From the NCBI GenBank assembly GCA_002269645.1, contig NIVC01002363.1:62001-126000 (forward strand): a DNA stretch of 64,000 nucleotides, written 5' to 3'. Made by a program: the position numbers and the translations under genes. The DNA comes from Macrostomum lignano. Lineage: Eukaryota. Within the stretch, counting starts at the first letter, position 1; every line of letters starts with the position of its first letter. The notes below the pieces were generated by a model. That model did not search any database. It worked only from the letters and a program-made list of their open reading frames with translations, and had not been told where the DNA came from. This document shows, piece after piece, positions 38,095 through 53,830 of the stretch.

Positions 38095-39945
38095 AATTGA
38101 ATGGTCAGAACTGAATTTCTGATGCGACGCATGCGGGTAAAGTTGCATCAAAATATCAAAATTAAAGTGTAAGACGTTTCGGACAGGCGCTGTTCATATC
38201 TTAAAATACGAGTGCAGTCTGTTTTTCTCAAATCTTCTACGTCAATTAAAATAATTTTTTAAAACTTTGTTTAGTCATTTTTGTGGTCGTTTTCAGTTTT
38301 TTATCCTTTAATCAGATACTTAAAGAGTTACAGAACGTTAGAGGTTTTTATTCTTAGCTAATGGCAAGGTATATCCTACCGAATGCATGCTAATAGCTGG
38401 ATTTTTAGCTCGTAGTTCTGCTCTTTTTTCGGCCAAGAAATTGTCTATGGCCGAAAGTCCTTATTTTGTGAATCGGAAAAATTTAGCATTTTCCAAGCCA
38501 ATTGAGCCTAGGAGCAAGCAATTTAATCCTTGGTGGGAAAATCAAGCTGTTGAAGACTTGTTTTTCATTGTCTATGGCCCAAAAGAAGGGTCTATGGAGC
38601 AACCAATTTGAGAATCTGGGCGCGCAATTAAACATTTTCACAGTGCTTGTATATCCTTCACGAATGACTTCATTGAAAAAATGTCTGCAAATAGATGGTA
38701 CATAAAAAAACTATTGAAATGAACACTTTGATTTCAGAGAAACCAATAAAAACAGGTCCGTGATTTCACGGCGACGCCTGAAAGAATACACTGCATGGTT
38801 TTCTCTTTAACGTCCAGCCATCGCGAAATGTGCTCAGCACTATTACCTCTCTCGATGGCAGCGACATCAGGCCGTACTTTTCGTTGCTTATCTTGCGATA
38901 GGGTTCTCGCCCTGCAGGATTCTGCTCATCCACAGCATCTTGAGCTGTAGCCAAGCTTTCCTCACTAAATTTTAGGTCTGCCATGTCTATGTTTGTCTAA
39001 TGAAATCCGTTATTTTCTATGGTTTAAGGCTTGCACAACTGTGGAAAGGATTAATTGCGCGCCCAAAGTCTCAAATTGGTTGCTCCATAGACCGCCCTTT
39101 CGGGCCATAGACAATGAAAAGCAAGTCTTCAACAAGGACAAGTTTTCCTTGGTCTTCAATAGCTTGATTTTCCTACTAAGGATAAAATTGCTTGCTCCTA
39201 GGCTCAATTGGCTTGAAAATGCTATAGTAACTGATAATAAACCTTTTGCAGAGAATTAAATATTGCCTCCCGTAGTTTCGAATCGTATAAGCCCTTCCCA
39301 TATGCCATACATGGCATGTTCTAGAAACTTCTCTCGCGCATCGTCTCGAGTCTATAAATAAAAACACTCACAAAAGCAACCAAGACTTACAACATCTACC
39401 ACTATTATTCAATAATTTGGAATCTCTGCTCAACTCTGCACATTCATTTACATAAAGATACCAAACTCTTACAGAATAGAGTTAAGTGATGAAAATAAGT
39501 TCAACTCTTAGCCAAAACCGACTGCCGAAAGCAACTAAGGCGCGCACTAAGGCAAGTCGTTGATGATTGACACCTCACCCAAGAAGCAAAGCTTGACTTG
39601 TCTAGCGAGAGAAGCATCCGCGATTCTTCAGCCCCAAGAAGATCCTTAAAAGACACTTAACTCTGTTTGACTCACTTCGAAAGCAGCACCTGCTTTTGTC
39701 TCCCTCTCTTTTCATGATCAACCAACCAGAACATGCAACCAAAAGAAGCCTTAAGCAGACCAACGGCAACTGTATGCAGGCCAGGTGCTATAGTAATGAC
39801 AGGGGGAGAGACTGACGGAGAGTTACAGTTAGTCTTAACAACACCTTGTATTTACAAAGCATCGCAGCCCAGAGCTGCTACCTTGGAGTTGCGTAGTTGA
39901 AGAGCGACTACAGAAGGTTCGTCTTCAGAATCAGAGGTAGTTTTG
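38095..39945 (+). repeat. Repeat 'E', copy 2
   Basis: Colinear similarity to 20900-22520. Confidence 0.75.
38484..39224. mobile_element. Foldback element with ~150-bp imperfect inverted arms, inserted in E2
   Basis: TAGCATTTTCCAAGCCAATTGAGCCTAGGAGCAAGC...GCGCAATTAA mirrored by TTAATTGCGC...GCTTGCTCCTAGGCTCAATTGGCTTGAAAATGCTA. Confidence 0.75.
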
Positions 39946-40424
39946 TCTACAAAAATAAATCAACTCTTGTCTCAGAACTCTGACTTTTTACCTTTCACAA
40001 TCGATAAAGTGTACCAGTAAAAAAGTAATTGCCCTGGCAGATAAAGTTTTGGGGCTGGGGATTTCAGCAACCTTAACCGGGACCTGGCAAACCAAATTAG
40101 ACATTGTTTATCTAAGCTACTATGAGTAAGTAGTGCATTAAGGTTGAGAAATATGTACTGCTGCTAGTAGGTTTCTGTAGTTCCATTTTTAGTAAACAGT
40201 TTCTCCATCATACGGTAACTTGCGCAGCATTCGGTCAGTGACTCAGTTTTGTGTTTGAGTAGTTTGTGCAATGAGCTCATTCGGTGTCAGATTCGCGTTC
40301 GCGTCGAGCTGAGAAGGGAAAATCATTTTTGTCGTACGGTTGCCGACTGCCGTTGCACTCGTCGACGTCGAGTTTTAATTGAATAACGTCTGAGGACGAG
40401 CCTGCTGACTTTGTAAAGGAATCT

Positions 40425-41922
40425 ACTGATTCCGTAGATAATACAAATGATGATGTAGACAAAACTACTGATTCTGTAGACAAAACTACTGATTATGTAG
40501 ACAAAACTACTGACTCCGTAGATAATAAAAATGATGATGTAGACAAAACTACTGATTCTGTAGACAAAACTACTGAGTCTGTAGACAAAACTACTGAGTC
40601 TGTAGACAGAACTACTGATTATGTAGACAGAACTACTGATTATGTAGACAGAACTACTGATTATGTAGACAAAACTACTGATTCTGTAGACAAAACTACT
40701 GATTCTGTAGACAAAACTACTGATTATGTAGACAAAACTACTGATTATGTAGACAAAACTGCTGAGTCTGAAGACAAAACTACTGATTATGTAGACAAAA
40801 CTACTGATTCTGTAGACAAAACTACTGATTATGTAGACAAAACTACTGATTCTGTAGACAAAACTACTAATTATGTAGACAAAACTACTGATTATGTAGA
40901 CAAAACTACTGATTCTGTAGACAAAACTACTAATTATGTAGACAAAACTACTGATTCTGTAGACAAAACTACTGATTCTGTAGACAAAACTACTGATTAT
41001 GTAAACAAAACTACTGATTCTGTAGACAAAACTACTGATTATGTAGACAAAACTACTGATTCTGTAGACAAAACTACTGATTCTGTAGACAAAACTACTG
41101 ATTCTGTAGACAAAACTACTGATTCTGTAGACAAAACTACTGATTCTGTAGACAAAACTACTGATTCTGTAGACAAAACTACTGATTCTGTAGACAAAAC
41201 TACTGATTCTGTAGACAAAACTACTGATTATGTAGACAAAACTACTGATTCTGTAGACAAAACTACTGATTATGTAGACAAAACTACTAATTCTGTAGAC
41301 AAAACTACTGATTCTGTAGACAAAACTACTGATTATGTAGACAAAACTACTGATTCTGTAGACAAAACTACTGATTATGTAGACAAAACTACTGATTCTG
41401 TAGACAAAACTACTGATTCTGTAGACAAAACTACTGATTCTGTAGACAAAACTACTGATTCTGTAGACAAAACTACTGATTCCGTAGATAATACAAATGA
41501 GTCTGTAGACAAAACTACTGATTATGTAGACAAAACTACTGATTCTGTAGACAAAACTACTGATTCTGTAGACAAAACTACTGATTCCGTAGATAATACA
41601 AATGAGTCTGTAGACAAAACTACTGAGTCTGTAGACAAAACTACTAATTATGTAGACAAAACTACTAATTATGTAGACAAAACTACTAATTATGTAGACA
41701 AAACTACTAATTATGTAGACAAAACTACTAATTATGTAGACAAAACTACTGATTCCGTAGATAATACAAATGAGTCTGTAGACAAAACTACTGATTCCGT
41801 AGATAATACAAATGAGTCTGTAGACAAAACTACTGATTCCGTAGATAATACAAATGAGTCTGTAGACAAAACTACTAATTATGTAGACAAAACTACTAAT
41901 TATGTAGACAAAACTACTGATT
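40425..41922. repeat. 21-bp tandem repeat (GTAGACAAAACTACTGATTCT/TAT), about 70 units
   Basis: Direct inspection; variant units keep the 21-nt length. Confidence 0.97.
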
Positions 41923-42156
41923 TGTCAAAATCATGATCAAAACTCGCAAGCAGGAGAATAGCTAACTTAGCTAACCATAGATTGAAGAGTTAGCATTTTG
42001 CTGATTCCAGATTTGCTACCCAGAGCTGCTACCTTGGAGTTGCGTAGTTGAAGAGCTAATACAGAAAGTTTGTCTTCAGAATCAGACGCAGTTTTGTCGT
42101 GAAAAAATAGAGTAACTTTTAATGGTTATTTCTACGGGTTAAGATTTGCGCCAGAA

Positions 42157-42653
42157 CAGGCGCGTCGCCACCGGGGAGGGACAGGGGGGACATGTCCCCC
42201 CCAGTAAAAGGTAAAGGGGGGACGTGCCAATGCTTTGTCCCCCCCCACCCCACCTTGTGACCCGTAGTGGTAATCAATAATTTTTCTCAGGGCGCCTATA
42301 CATAGGGCCTACACGGCGCTAAAATGAGTGTCTGCGGTGCCAAAATGAGTGCCTGCGGCGCTAAAATGAGTGCCTGCGGCGCTAAAATGAGTGCCTGCGG
42401 CGCTAAAATGAGTGCCTGCGGCGCTAAAATGAGTGCCTGCGGCGCTAAAATGAGTGCCTGCGGCGCTAAAATGAGTGCCTGCGGCGCTAAAATGAGTGCC
42501 TGCGGCGCTAAAATGAGTGCCTGCGGCGCTAAAATGAGGGCTGACGACACGATTCTCAAATTAATAGAAATGTAGGAATTTAATCATGTACATGTACATG
42601 TTGAATTCTTGGTTTTGCCCCCCCCCACCATAAAATCCATGCCGACGCCCTTG
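42157..42653 (+). mobile_element. hAT MITE family 2, copy 2
   Basis: TIRs CAGGCGCGTCGCCA / TGCCGACGCCCTTG; perfect 8-bp TSD CGCCAGAA; empty site at ~33313; about 10 internal 21-bp units. Confidence 0.9.
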
Positions 42654-43873
42654 CGCCAGAATGTAACTTCTTTTCAGCCCAATGTATCGAAAAAATCTAT
42701 TTTGAAATGACCGATACCTTTTTACACTGCTTTTTGATAGCCATGCATCGTTTTGGGGCATTTTTTTAGTGACAATAAAATTTAGTTTGAGGCTAATTAT
42801 CAGTCTCTAATCTGATAGGCCAGTCTCAGGTGTTAACTTCAGGCCAATTGAATTCCGAAAAAATAGAAGCTAAAGTCCAACTGACAACACAACAATGAAT
42901 AATGTGACAACTAGGACTAGGCGGACCTACATAAACTAATAGAGCTTTTTAAATTATCTTCATATGACTACTTGCGCTATTAAAAACATTTTGTCAAAGC
43001 GGATTATGAATTCATTTAATAATTACAGCTTGACAGCTTTCATTCTTGCAGCAGCGGCGCTAAGCTGCGCGAAATGGAAGACAAAACTTCACAAGAAGCT
43101 TGAGCTCCTTTCTGACCCGGGATTGTGTGAATTTGATCATCTTATGGTGATTTGAATTTGGCTGGCTGGTGCATTTGGCTGCTCAACTTAAATATGTCAT
43201 TTTACACCCTCCGCACTTGGCACAGCCCTAAGATCCTTGACTTCTACTTAACAGTACTTCTTTCGCTGCTTTGTACGTTATTTCACCAAGGACTATTAGA
43301 TATAACGAAGTGTTCCTAGGGGTCCTTGTATTTCACATCAAACGAATTCAATCGCTATTGTCTTAATTCTTCACAGATTGCAGACGAAACTCTACCAACA
43401 ATTTGATACGCGTGCAGAAGCCAGCAAGCTGACTTGGGCATCGTGTGCTACTAAAATGTTGCGACATGCAGTTCCCTTGACTTGATCAAAACTTCTACTG
43501 CAGTCTGCTACTGTTTTATGTCTGTAATTTACTGCAATGGTTTTGCGAGTGCTACAGCTACCCTGATTTATGTCATCAGAAGCAAAGAATGAAACCAAAA
43601 ATACAGAAATTTTGATGCTCTTAAGTCGTAATTCGTAAAACTTGCTTGAAGTCTTCGTTTGATTGGCTCATAATAACAGAGAGAAGTATAGATTTGAAGT
43701 AAACTTTTGAGAAATTTAAAAACAGCATAGTATTGGAAATTATACGTTGAGTTACCAAATATTGAAATTTTGCAGAGTTAGTTTTTGTTGTTTTCAATGT
43801 TCAATGTTGTTATTTCCGGCATGTCGTTAATTTGATTTCGTGGCTTCGTAAATTGTTTGAATTCGTTATGACT

Positions 43874-44653
43874 TCACACGTGAATCCGTTTGTACTTCAT
43901 CCACTGCAGCTTCTCTTGGTTGTTGGCAGAAAAGTCGGAGCCACTCAGCGGCAGGCTGGCATCGAAGTAGGGCAGCAGGACGCACTGCCTCCTCACCGGG
44001 TGCCAGTAATATCCGATGCAGTCCTCAAATTCGAACACAAGGCAGGCCTGGGAGCAGTGGAGGTGAGTTTTAGCCCTTGGTTCCTTGATCCAGCAGCCTG
44101 GGCTGGGTTGATCGTACGCGACGATTTCCGTGCGAACGAATTTACCAGTGGTGGCTTTAGTAGCGGTTCGGTTGGCCACAGCGGCATCCTCGTAGCAGAA
44201 AACGTTGTTTAGATCATTGCAAGTCTCGTCCCTCAGTTTTTTATACGAGTTCTTTCTGACTGTCACGCAGTCTTGGTTGTTTTCTTCATTATTTGGTTCG
44301 CCACTATAAAAATATTATTCGCCACCATCCGTGACCTGGCCGTCCTTGATCCAAACCCAGCCGTCTTTCTGAGTGCCTCTCTCGTTCAGCGCATCGATCA
44401 GTCCGACCCACCATCTGTCACCAGAAAAGCTCGTAGCCGCCATGGCGTCGTGCACAGACTTGCTGATCATCTCCTGGCCGTTCTCGTGACAAGTCTTAAT
44501 CGCATTGCAGAATGTCACGTTTTTATTGTAATTCTTGACACACCAAGACTTTCCAGAGTCGGTGACCTCAATCAAACCGCCAGGACAAGTCGCCGCAACA
44601 GAAGCAGACATCAACAGAAGGGCAGCTACAGTTGGCAAGTGTAGCAATGCCAT
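43874..44653 (-). pseudogene. C-type lectin+PAN paralogue (copy B) with a premature stop and a frameshift
   Basis: Colinear with 34440-35219; TAA at 44315-44317 where copy A has TCA; +1 nt in an A-run just after EPNN. Confidence 0.85.
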
Positions 44654-44949
44654 GACCGAGCGTATCAGTTTTCTATGGATTGTGCAGAATCAAAATTTGA
44701 TTCTGCGAAGAGATGAAGAGAAGAGATGATTGCAGATTCATGGGATTTTCCTTCGAGATCTTCTGTCCGTTGGATGCTTTATAGCAAATTCCCAACAGAT
44801 TTTTTGGTCACAGTCAGGCCTGTAAGGTAGGTAACAGTCTGGTAGATAGGCCTGCTATGGAGTGAAGCATCCTACATTGTCGCGATTTTCCGCCAATGAA
44901 GTGTGGAAGCGAAGGAAGTGTGGCTCCAAGGCTGCTGGAGCTACAAGCT

Positions 44950-48918
<3,969 letters not shown>

Positions 48919-49290
48919 TCATTTTAACCAATGCGCTATTTTCACCCTATTAAAGTACAATATTTATTCACGTGTCATTTATTTTATTTTATTTTATTCA
49001 AACTGCTTAATTGTACGCTCAATATTGATTTTTATGCTCCTACCCCCAATACCGGCATTTCATCTAATCGTATAGTATCGCATATCGTATAGTACTTCGA
49101 AATAACAATTTTTTATAACAAATATACTGTCGTTTAAAATGAATGGTGGAAAGCCTCTGGGACAAGTTAGAGCTAGGCAAAACAGGGTTTTAAATGTACA
49201 TCCCTCATATGTACAACTACTCATCAATTCTATCAGACTAAGAAAAATAATACTTAAAAGACCAACTTAAATTGCATGACACACAGATTT

Positions 49291-49333
49291 TTTGGCCTGA
49301 CGAAGAGCCCAGAGGCTCGAAACCGGTAGCCCA
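49291..49333 (+). ncRNA. Minimal type I hammerhead ribozyme in the Penelope 3' region
   Basis: GGC-CUGACGA-A-GAGCC(CAGA)GGCUC-GAAA-CCGGU-A-GCC: core boxes, 5-bp stem II, palindromic ACCGGU stem III, 3-bp stem I. Confidence 0.75.
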
Positions 49334-49395
49334 TATTAAATTAATTAAGTCTTTGATTTTTTTAAACACGCCGTGACCTCTCTTCTCTCTCTCTC

Positions 49396-49484
<89 letters not shown>

Positions 49485-49504
49485 CTTTCGTATTGTATCT
49501 TTTA

Positions 49505-49623
49505 CAATTTTACTCGCTTTCAGCACTGACGAAGAATTTACCTAATTCGAAATATCGGCAATTCAACTAGATTGACTTTCTTCAGTCCTTTCTACCGTGT
49601 CAGTGCCGGGGATTGGAGGTGCC
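49505..49623 (+). mobile_element. Short 3' fragment of a second Penelope-like family carrying a hammerhead motif
   Basis: CUGACGA-A-GAAUU(UACCU)AAUUC-GAAA-UAU-C at 49526-49556; flanked by a duplicated (CT)n+CTACCTYTCGTATTGTATCTTTTA (49481-49504 and 49721-49744). Confidence 0.55.
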
Positions 49624-51317
49624 CTCCTCTCTCTCTCTCCCTCTCTCTCTCTTTTTCTCTCTCTCTTCCTCTCTCTCTCTTTTTCTCTCTCTCTCCCTCT
49701 CTCTCTCTTTTTCTCTCTCTCTACCTCTCGTATTGTATCTTTTATCTAAAGCTGAGCTCATCGGACGGTCGGTTTTAACGCGCATCCCCTTTCTAGAGGG
49801 GTGGCGACATGTTTTTAAAAAGGGTAGAGAGGAGACGGCTATCATCAATTTCCACCTGAAGGAAGCCTTAGCGCATGTCGATCGTAGAGAAACATGAGCA
49901 GCCAGCCAAGGAGTCAAGCGGCCGGTGCAAATGCCGAAGAGGGTGGGCGTACTTTACTGTAAGGTTGTTCAGCGCCCGCCAGTCGACACAGACTTCGATG
50001 TCATTATTATTCTTTCTGACGATTATCAGGTTGCTCGCCCACGGTCTGGTGGAGGGCTCGATGACGCCATGTTGTCGCATCTGCCCCAGCTTCTCGGCCA
50101 CCTGCCTCCTGAAGGCGTGAGGAACTCGGCGAGGCCGTTGGCGAATTGGGCGTGCGCCGTCGTCCAGCTCAATCTTGTGCTGCGCTGCGCTGCTCGTCCC
50201 AACGTCGAATTCATGGACTGAGACCACATCGGAAAATGCCCTCAGCAGCCTTGTCTGTCCTCCTCAGGCAGCTCCGGATTGATGTTGAACTGGTCCACAG
50301 GGCCTCGCCAGTCGTGCACGTCCTCGTCCTTATCGATTACCTCCGCGCTCTCGAAGGTGCCGATGCTCTGGTTGGAAAACAGCGTGACCGGGCTGCAGCT
50401 GAGGTTGCACTCTTGAACCGGAATCTTGCCGCTCGCTGAAGACACCGCGAACACGCGGTAGGGCAGCACTCCGATTTTGTCGATGAACTCCTGTGACGGC
50501 TCGAAGATGCCCTGTGTCTGCTTGGTCTCTGTCGTCACGTCCGCGACTTTAACTGACTTTGGCGGTACGACCACGGCGCCCTGAACTCTGGCGATGATCA
50601 CTGTGGGTACCAAGCAACAGGCACTGGGCCATCAGCAGACCACCAGCACGTGCATTTGTCTGCGCAGCTGACGACCGAGTCGCACCGCAATGCTCATGCT
50701 TCCAAGCAGCTCGAGGGCGAAGCTGTCCACAGACACAGGCATGACATCTGTCGGCTTCAGCTTGCAGCGACCATGCAGCTCTCTCAAGGCAAAGTCACTG
50801 ATCAGCGAGGTCTGCGCTCCGGTGTCCAGCAGCCAGCGGCACGGCTTGCTGTTTGCCTCTCCAGGAATAAAAATCACATGAAGCACGGGATTGCTCCTTG
50901 GGGTTGGTGTGGGTCCCGCACCCGTTGCACCAACCCTTAGAAGTTTCCCGGAGCCTTAGATGGACAGACAGAGGCCTTGTCTCCTCGCCCTGAGCACTTG
51001 TGGCAGATGATCTGGTTCTGGCTGTTTCTCTCGCTGCTGACATTGCGCTGCACGGTGTCCGGGCTGGCCGCAGTTAAAGCAGTCGCCTCGTCCCTGCTGA
51101 AGGCGACGCCGAGTGTCGATACCGGACTGCACGCCGACCCTCGCGATGAGCTCCTCCATGCGTTTCTCCAGTCGGTCCAGGCGGTCCTCGCCTGGACCTG
51201 CTACTGATTTAGCGCCGACGGCTCCGACTGCCGCTACCAACTGTCGCGCCCAGCCAGCTCCTCCAGCCAAGCCATCCGCTGCAGGTCTCTGCGTCCTCTG
51301 CCTTGAGCAGGTTGAGC

Positions 51318-51596
51318 TAGGGTTATGGTAGCTTATAACTTAGCTCATATAGCTTATTAAAAATGTTTTTCATAAGAGCGTCATGCAAAAATCAAGGAAG
51401 CGTCATGTAAAAATCATAGAAGCATCATGCAAAAACTCATCAACAAAATATTAAATTTAGGGTTATGTTTAGGGTTAGGGTTAGGGTTAGAAGTTTGACA
51501 GGAGATTTTTTAAAATTTTAAGGCTACATGTAGCTTATTAAAAAAACGTGTATTGCATTTCTTTGGCTCCCCAACGGGGGGCGTATAGATTGCTAG
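51318..51596 (+). mobile_element. Non-autonomous Helitron-like fragment interrupting gag
   Basis: Hairpin GCTCCCC-AAC-GGGGGGC followed about 10 nt later by CTAG|T; contains (TTAGGG)n and AAGCGTCATG motifs. Confidence 0.45.
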
Positions 51597-51598
51597 TA

Positions 51599-51791
51599 TC
51601 TTCCTAAATTTGCGACGCGTTGCATTTTGAAGCATCGAAATCATTTTTTGCAAATAAAACTATTTGCAAAGAATAGCAAAAAATATTGCAAACTAATTAT
51701 TGCAAAGTGAAGTTTCATTTGCAAAAAATAATTTCGATCGATGCTTCAAAATGGTCCATGTCGACCGAAACGCGTCGCAAATTTAGGAAGA
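51599..51791. mobile_element. MITE with TIR TCTTCCTAAATTTGCGACGCGTT
   Basis: 23-bp terminal and further subterminal inverted matches. Confidence 0.75.
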
Positions 51792-52284
51792 AATATATTA
51801 AATAAATGTTGATTTTAAGCTTTCTGTTTATTTGAAGCGCACATCTCGGTCTCGCTGAGCAATTGAGTCCTCCGGTCTGGTTTTCTGGTGCTTCTGCGGG
51901 TTGAAGAAGAGCTCACGCAGTGTCTCGGCATCACCACGTTTCCTCGCGTAGAAGTCGTTCATGGCATTGAAGCTATCCGCTTCGCCTCCATTAAACTTTG
52001 TGAGGTCCTCCTGTATACTTTTAAAACTCTTTTGTCTTGTCTTGGCCAGCTCCCAGACGACTATAGAATTGGGCTTCTCCCGTGAGCAGAAGCTTCACCT
52101 TCGATGCTGCGGTCGCGTCATTCCATTTCGCATCGTTGGCGAATTCCTCAAAGATGCGCAGCCAATTTCTCACGTCAATGCTGTCGATCTGTTCCACTGA
52201 ACTTTGGCAGTAGCAGGGCGCTCTGGGCCATTAGTGCACTTGCACTGGGGTTCCCGCTGCCACCAATGTAAGAGCCGAGAACTT

Positions 52285-53830
52285 AGAGCATATAGTAGAA
52301 AAGACAGTCCTACAGTCGTATATGAACATGTACGCCCGTACTTCAGTCGGTTTTTGTGCCGCATGTGGAAAAAATTAGTGGCATCAAAAAATCAAGCATC
52401 AACATGAAAATGTAAGCCGTTTCTTGGCTCAAGACGTTTTAATCTTTCTGTTATCATTTCCTTGCAGACGCTTTCATTTGTTTTCCTTCGAATTGGAAAG
52501 TTACATAATTTTAGTGGCCTTTTATTCTTAGCTAATGGCCACGTATATCCTAACTGATTGCATTGCTAATAACTAATTTTTATAGAAGCTGGGTCGTGCT
52601 GCTTCTTGTAATTCAGTGAACATGCATTCTAGAAACTTCTATGAATGTATGTTTAATCGTAACTTCGCACATTTATTTACATAAAGATACAGAACTCTTG
52701 CAGAATAGAGCCAAGCACTTTAGCATGCGAGTTTAGGCCTTAATGTAAATGAATGTGCTGAATGAGCTGAGATTCCAGATTATTGACAGCAGTAGTAACG
52801 TACAGCAGTAGCTGTAAGAGTCTTGGTTATGCTAAGTAGCGACAGTTGGGGGGTGTTTCTATTTATAAACTCGGGATGCAGTTTCGGGAGAAGCTTCTAA
52901 AGCATTGCCATATATGGCATATGGGGAGAGTGTAGAAGTTTACAGAAACACGTGAGGCAATTTTGTAAAACAGGTGCACACTAAGACAAGTCGTTAATGA
53001 GAAATACTTCACCCAAGAAGCAAAGCTTGACTTGTTTTACAGAGAAGCAACTTCAACTTGGCAAACGCACCAAAACCTTGAAACAAAAATTAAGTAAGAA
53101 GCCTTTTATAGATATGCATTATGTATTAAATGTCGATCAGGCAATAGAGTACATGTTTAGGCGCACTCAATCAGCAGTTCATATTATATTTATTAACTAC
53201 GAGTATTAATCTACGAATTGGACGCAAAATATAAAAGAAAATTAGTAAAAATGCGTTTTAACGTTTTAAAAAGCAGTACAGAACTTAGACAGAAAAAAAT
53301 TATAACTACTACTTGTACTAGTACGTCTGTACAAAGAGTTTAATAAATGCGTCAAGTATATGACAATAATGACAGCAAGCTATAGCTTTTCCAGACTTAA
53401 TTTTAGGTTTGTGCAAACCAATTTAGTTTTTAGTTTAGGACTTGATAGACTTAACCCCTTCTCATGCAGATCAGATCACATGCATGACGTAGGGTTGTTA
53501 GAATGTCTATGGCCAAACTAGCATCTTCTACTCGACATGCACAGGAAATGATTATGGATAAAGCCAAGGAGTTCTATAATTAGCAACCTGGAGTGGAAAC
53601 GAGTTTCACCTCATGAGGCCAGACTAGCATAGACAGAGCCATAGACATTGGAGTGGCTTCATGAGGTAAAACTCGTTTCCACTCCAGGTTGCTTATTATA
53701 GATTTATAGAACTCCTTGCTATGGATAAAGCATTTAACGCCAATAAATATGTGTGGTCATCACCAGCCAATAAATTCCTGTAGTTATCACCTGGCAGTAA
53801 GTATAATATATGGTATCACCCCAATCGATT
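52285..53830 (+). repeat. Repeat 'E', copy 3
   Basis: ATAGTAGAAAAGAC...CGTATATGAACAT matches 20865-20905; 53200-53500 matches 22680-23030; terminal GCCAATAAAT..GTGGTCA minisatellite. Confidence 0.72.
53564..53719. mobile_element. 156-bp hairpin MITE with an 11-bp TSD (Mutator-like)
   Basis: Long inverted arms (CAAGGAGTTCTATAA; AGCAACCTGGAGTGGAAACGAGTTT); TATGGATAAAG at 53553-53563 and 53720-53730. Confidence 0.75.

Larger units (their letters stand above)
49858..52285 (-). mobile_element. Gypsy LTR retrotransposon, 5' half (LTR stub, tRNA-Leu PBS, gag, protease, RT N-terminus), degenerate
   Basis: ...CTCGGCTCTTACA-T-TGGTGGCAGCGG (PBS); gag PKFSG...DVRNWLRIFEEFANDAKW (~52230-51830, frameshifted); CCHC CFNCGQPGHRAAQC; LLDTGAQTS; HKIEL...PIRQRPRR...PWAS...CVDWRALN. 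Confidence 0.88.

Noticed and set aside
40277-40483. Minus-strand ORF with a DVDEC (cbEGF-like) motif extending into STESVVL repeats
   Set aside because: No further EGF cysteines, and frequent TAA stops in the repeat frame.
40425-41922. Regular arrays as a possible CRISPR
   Set aside because: The units are head-to-tail with no unique spacers, there are no cas genes, and the context is eukaryotic.
51455-51490. Telomere or chromosome fusion scar
   Set aside because: There are only a few degenerate TTAGGG units inside a TE-like fragment, with no head-to-head array.
52285-52404. A 138-bp 5' LTR that differs from the 3' LTR, suggesting unrelated Gypsy elements
   Set aside because: Sequence beyond ~52285 aligns to repeat E, so only an ~18-bp LTR stub is present.
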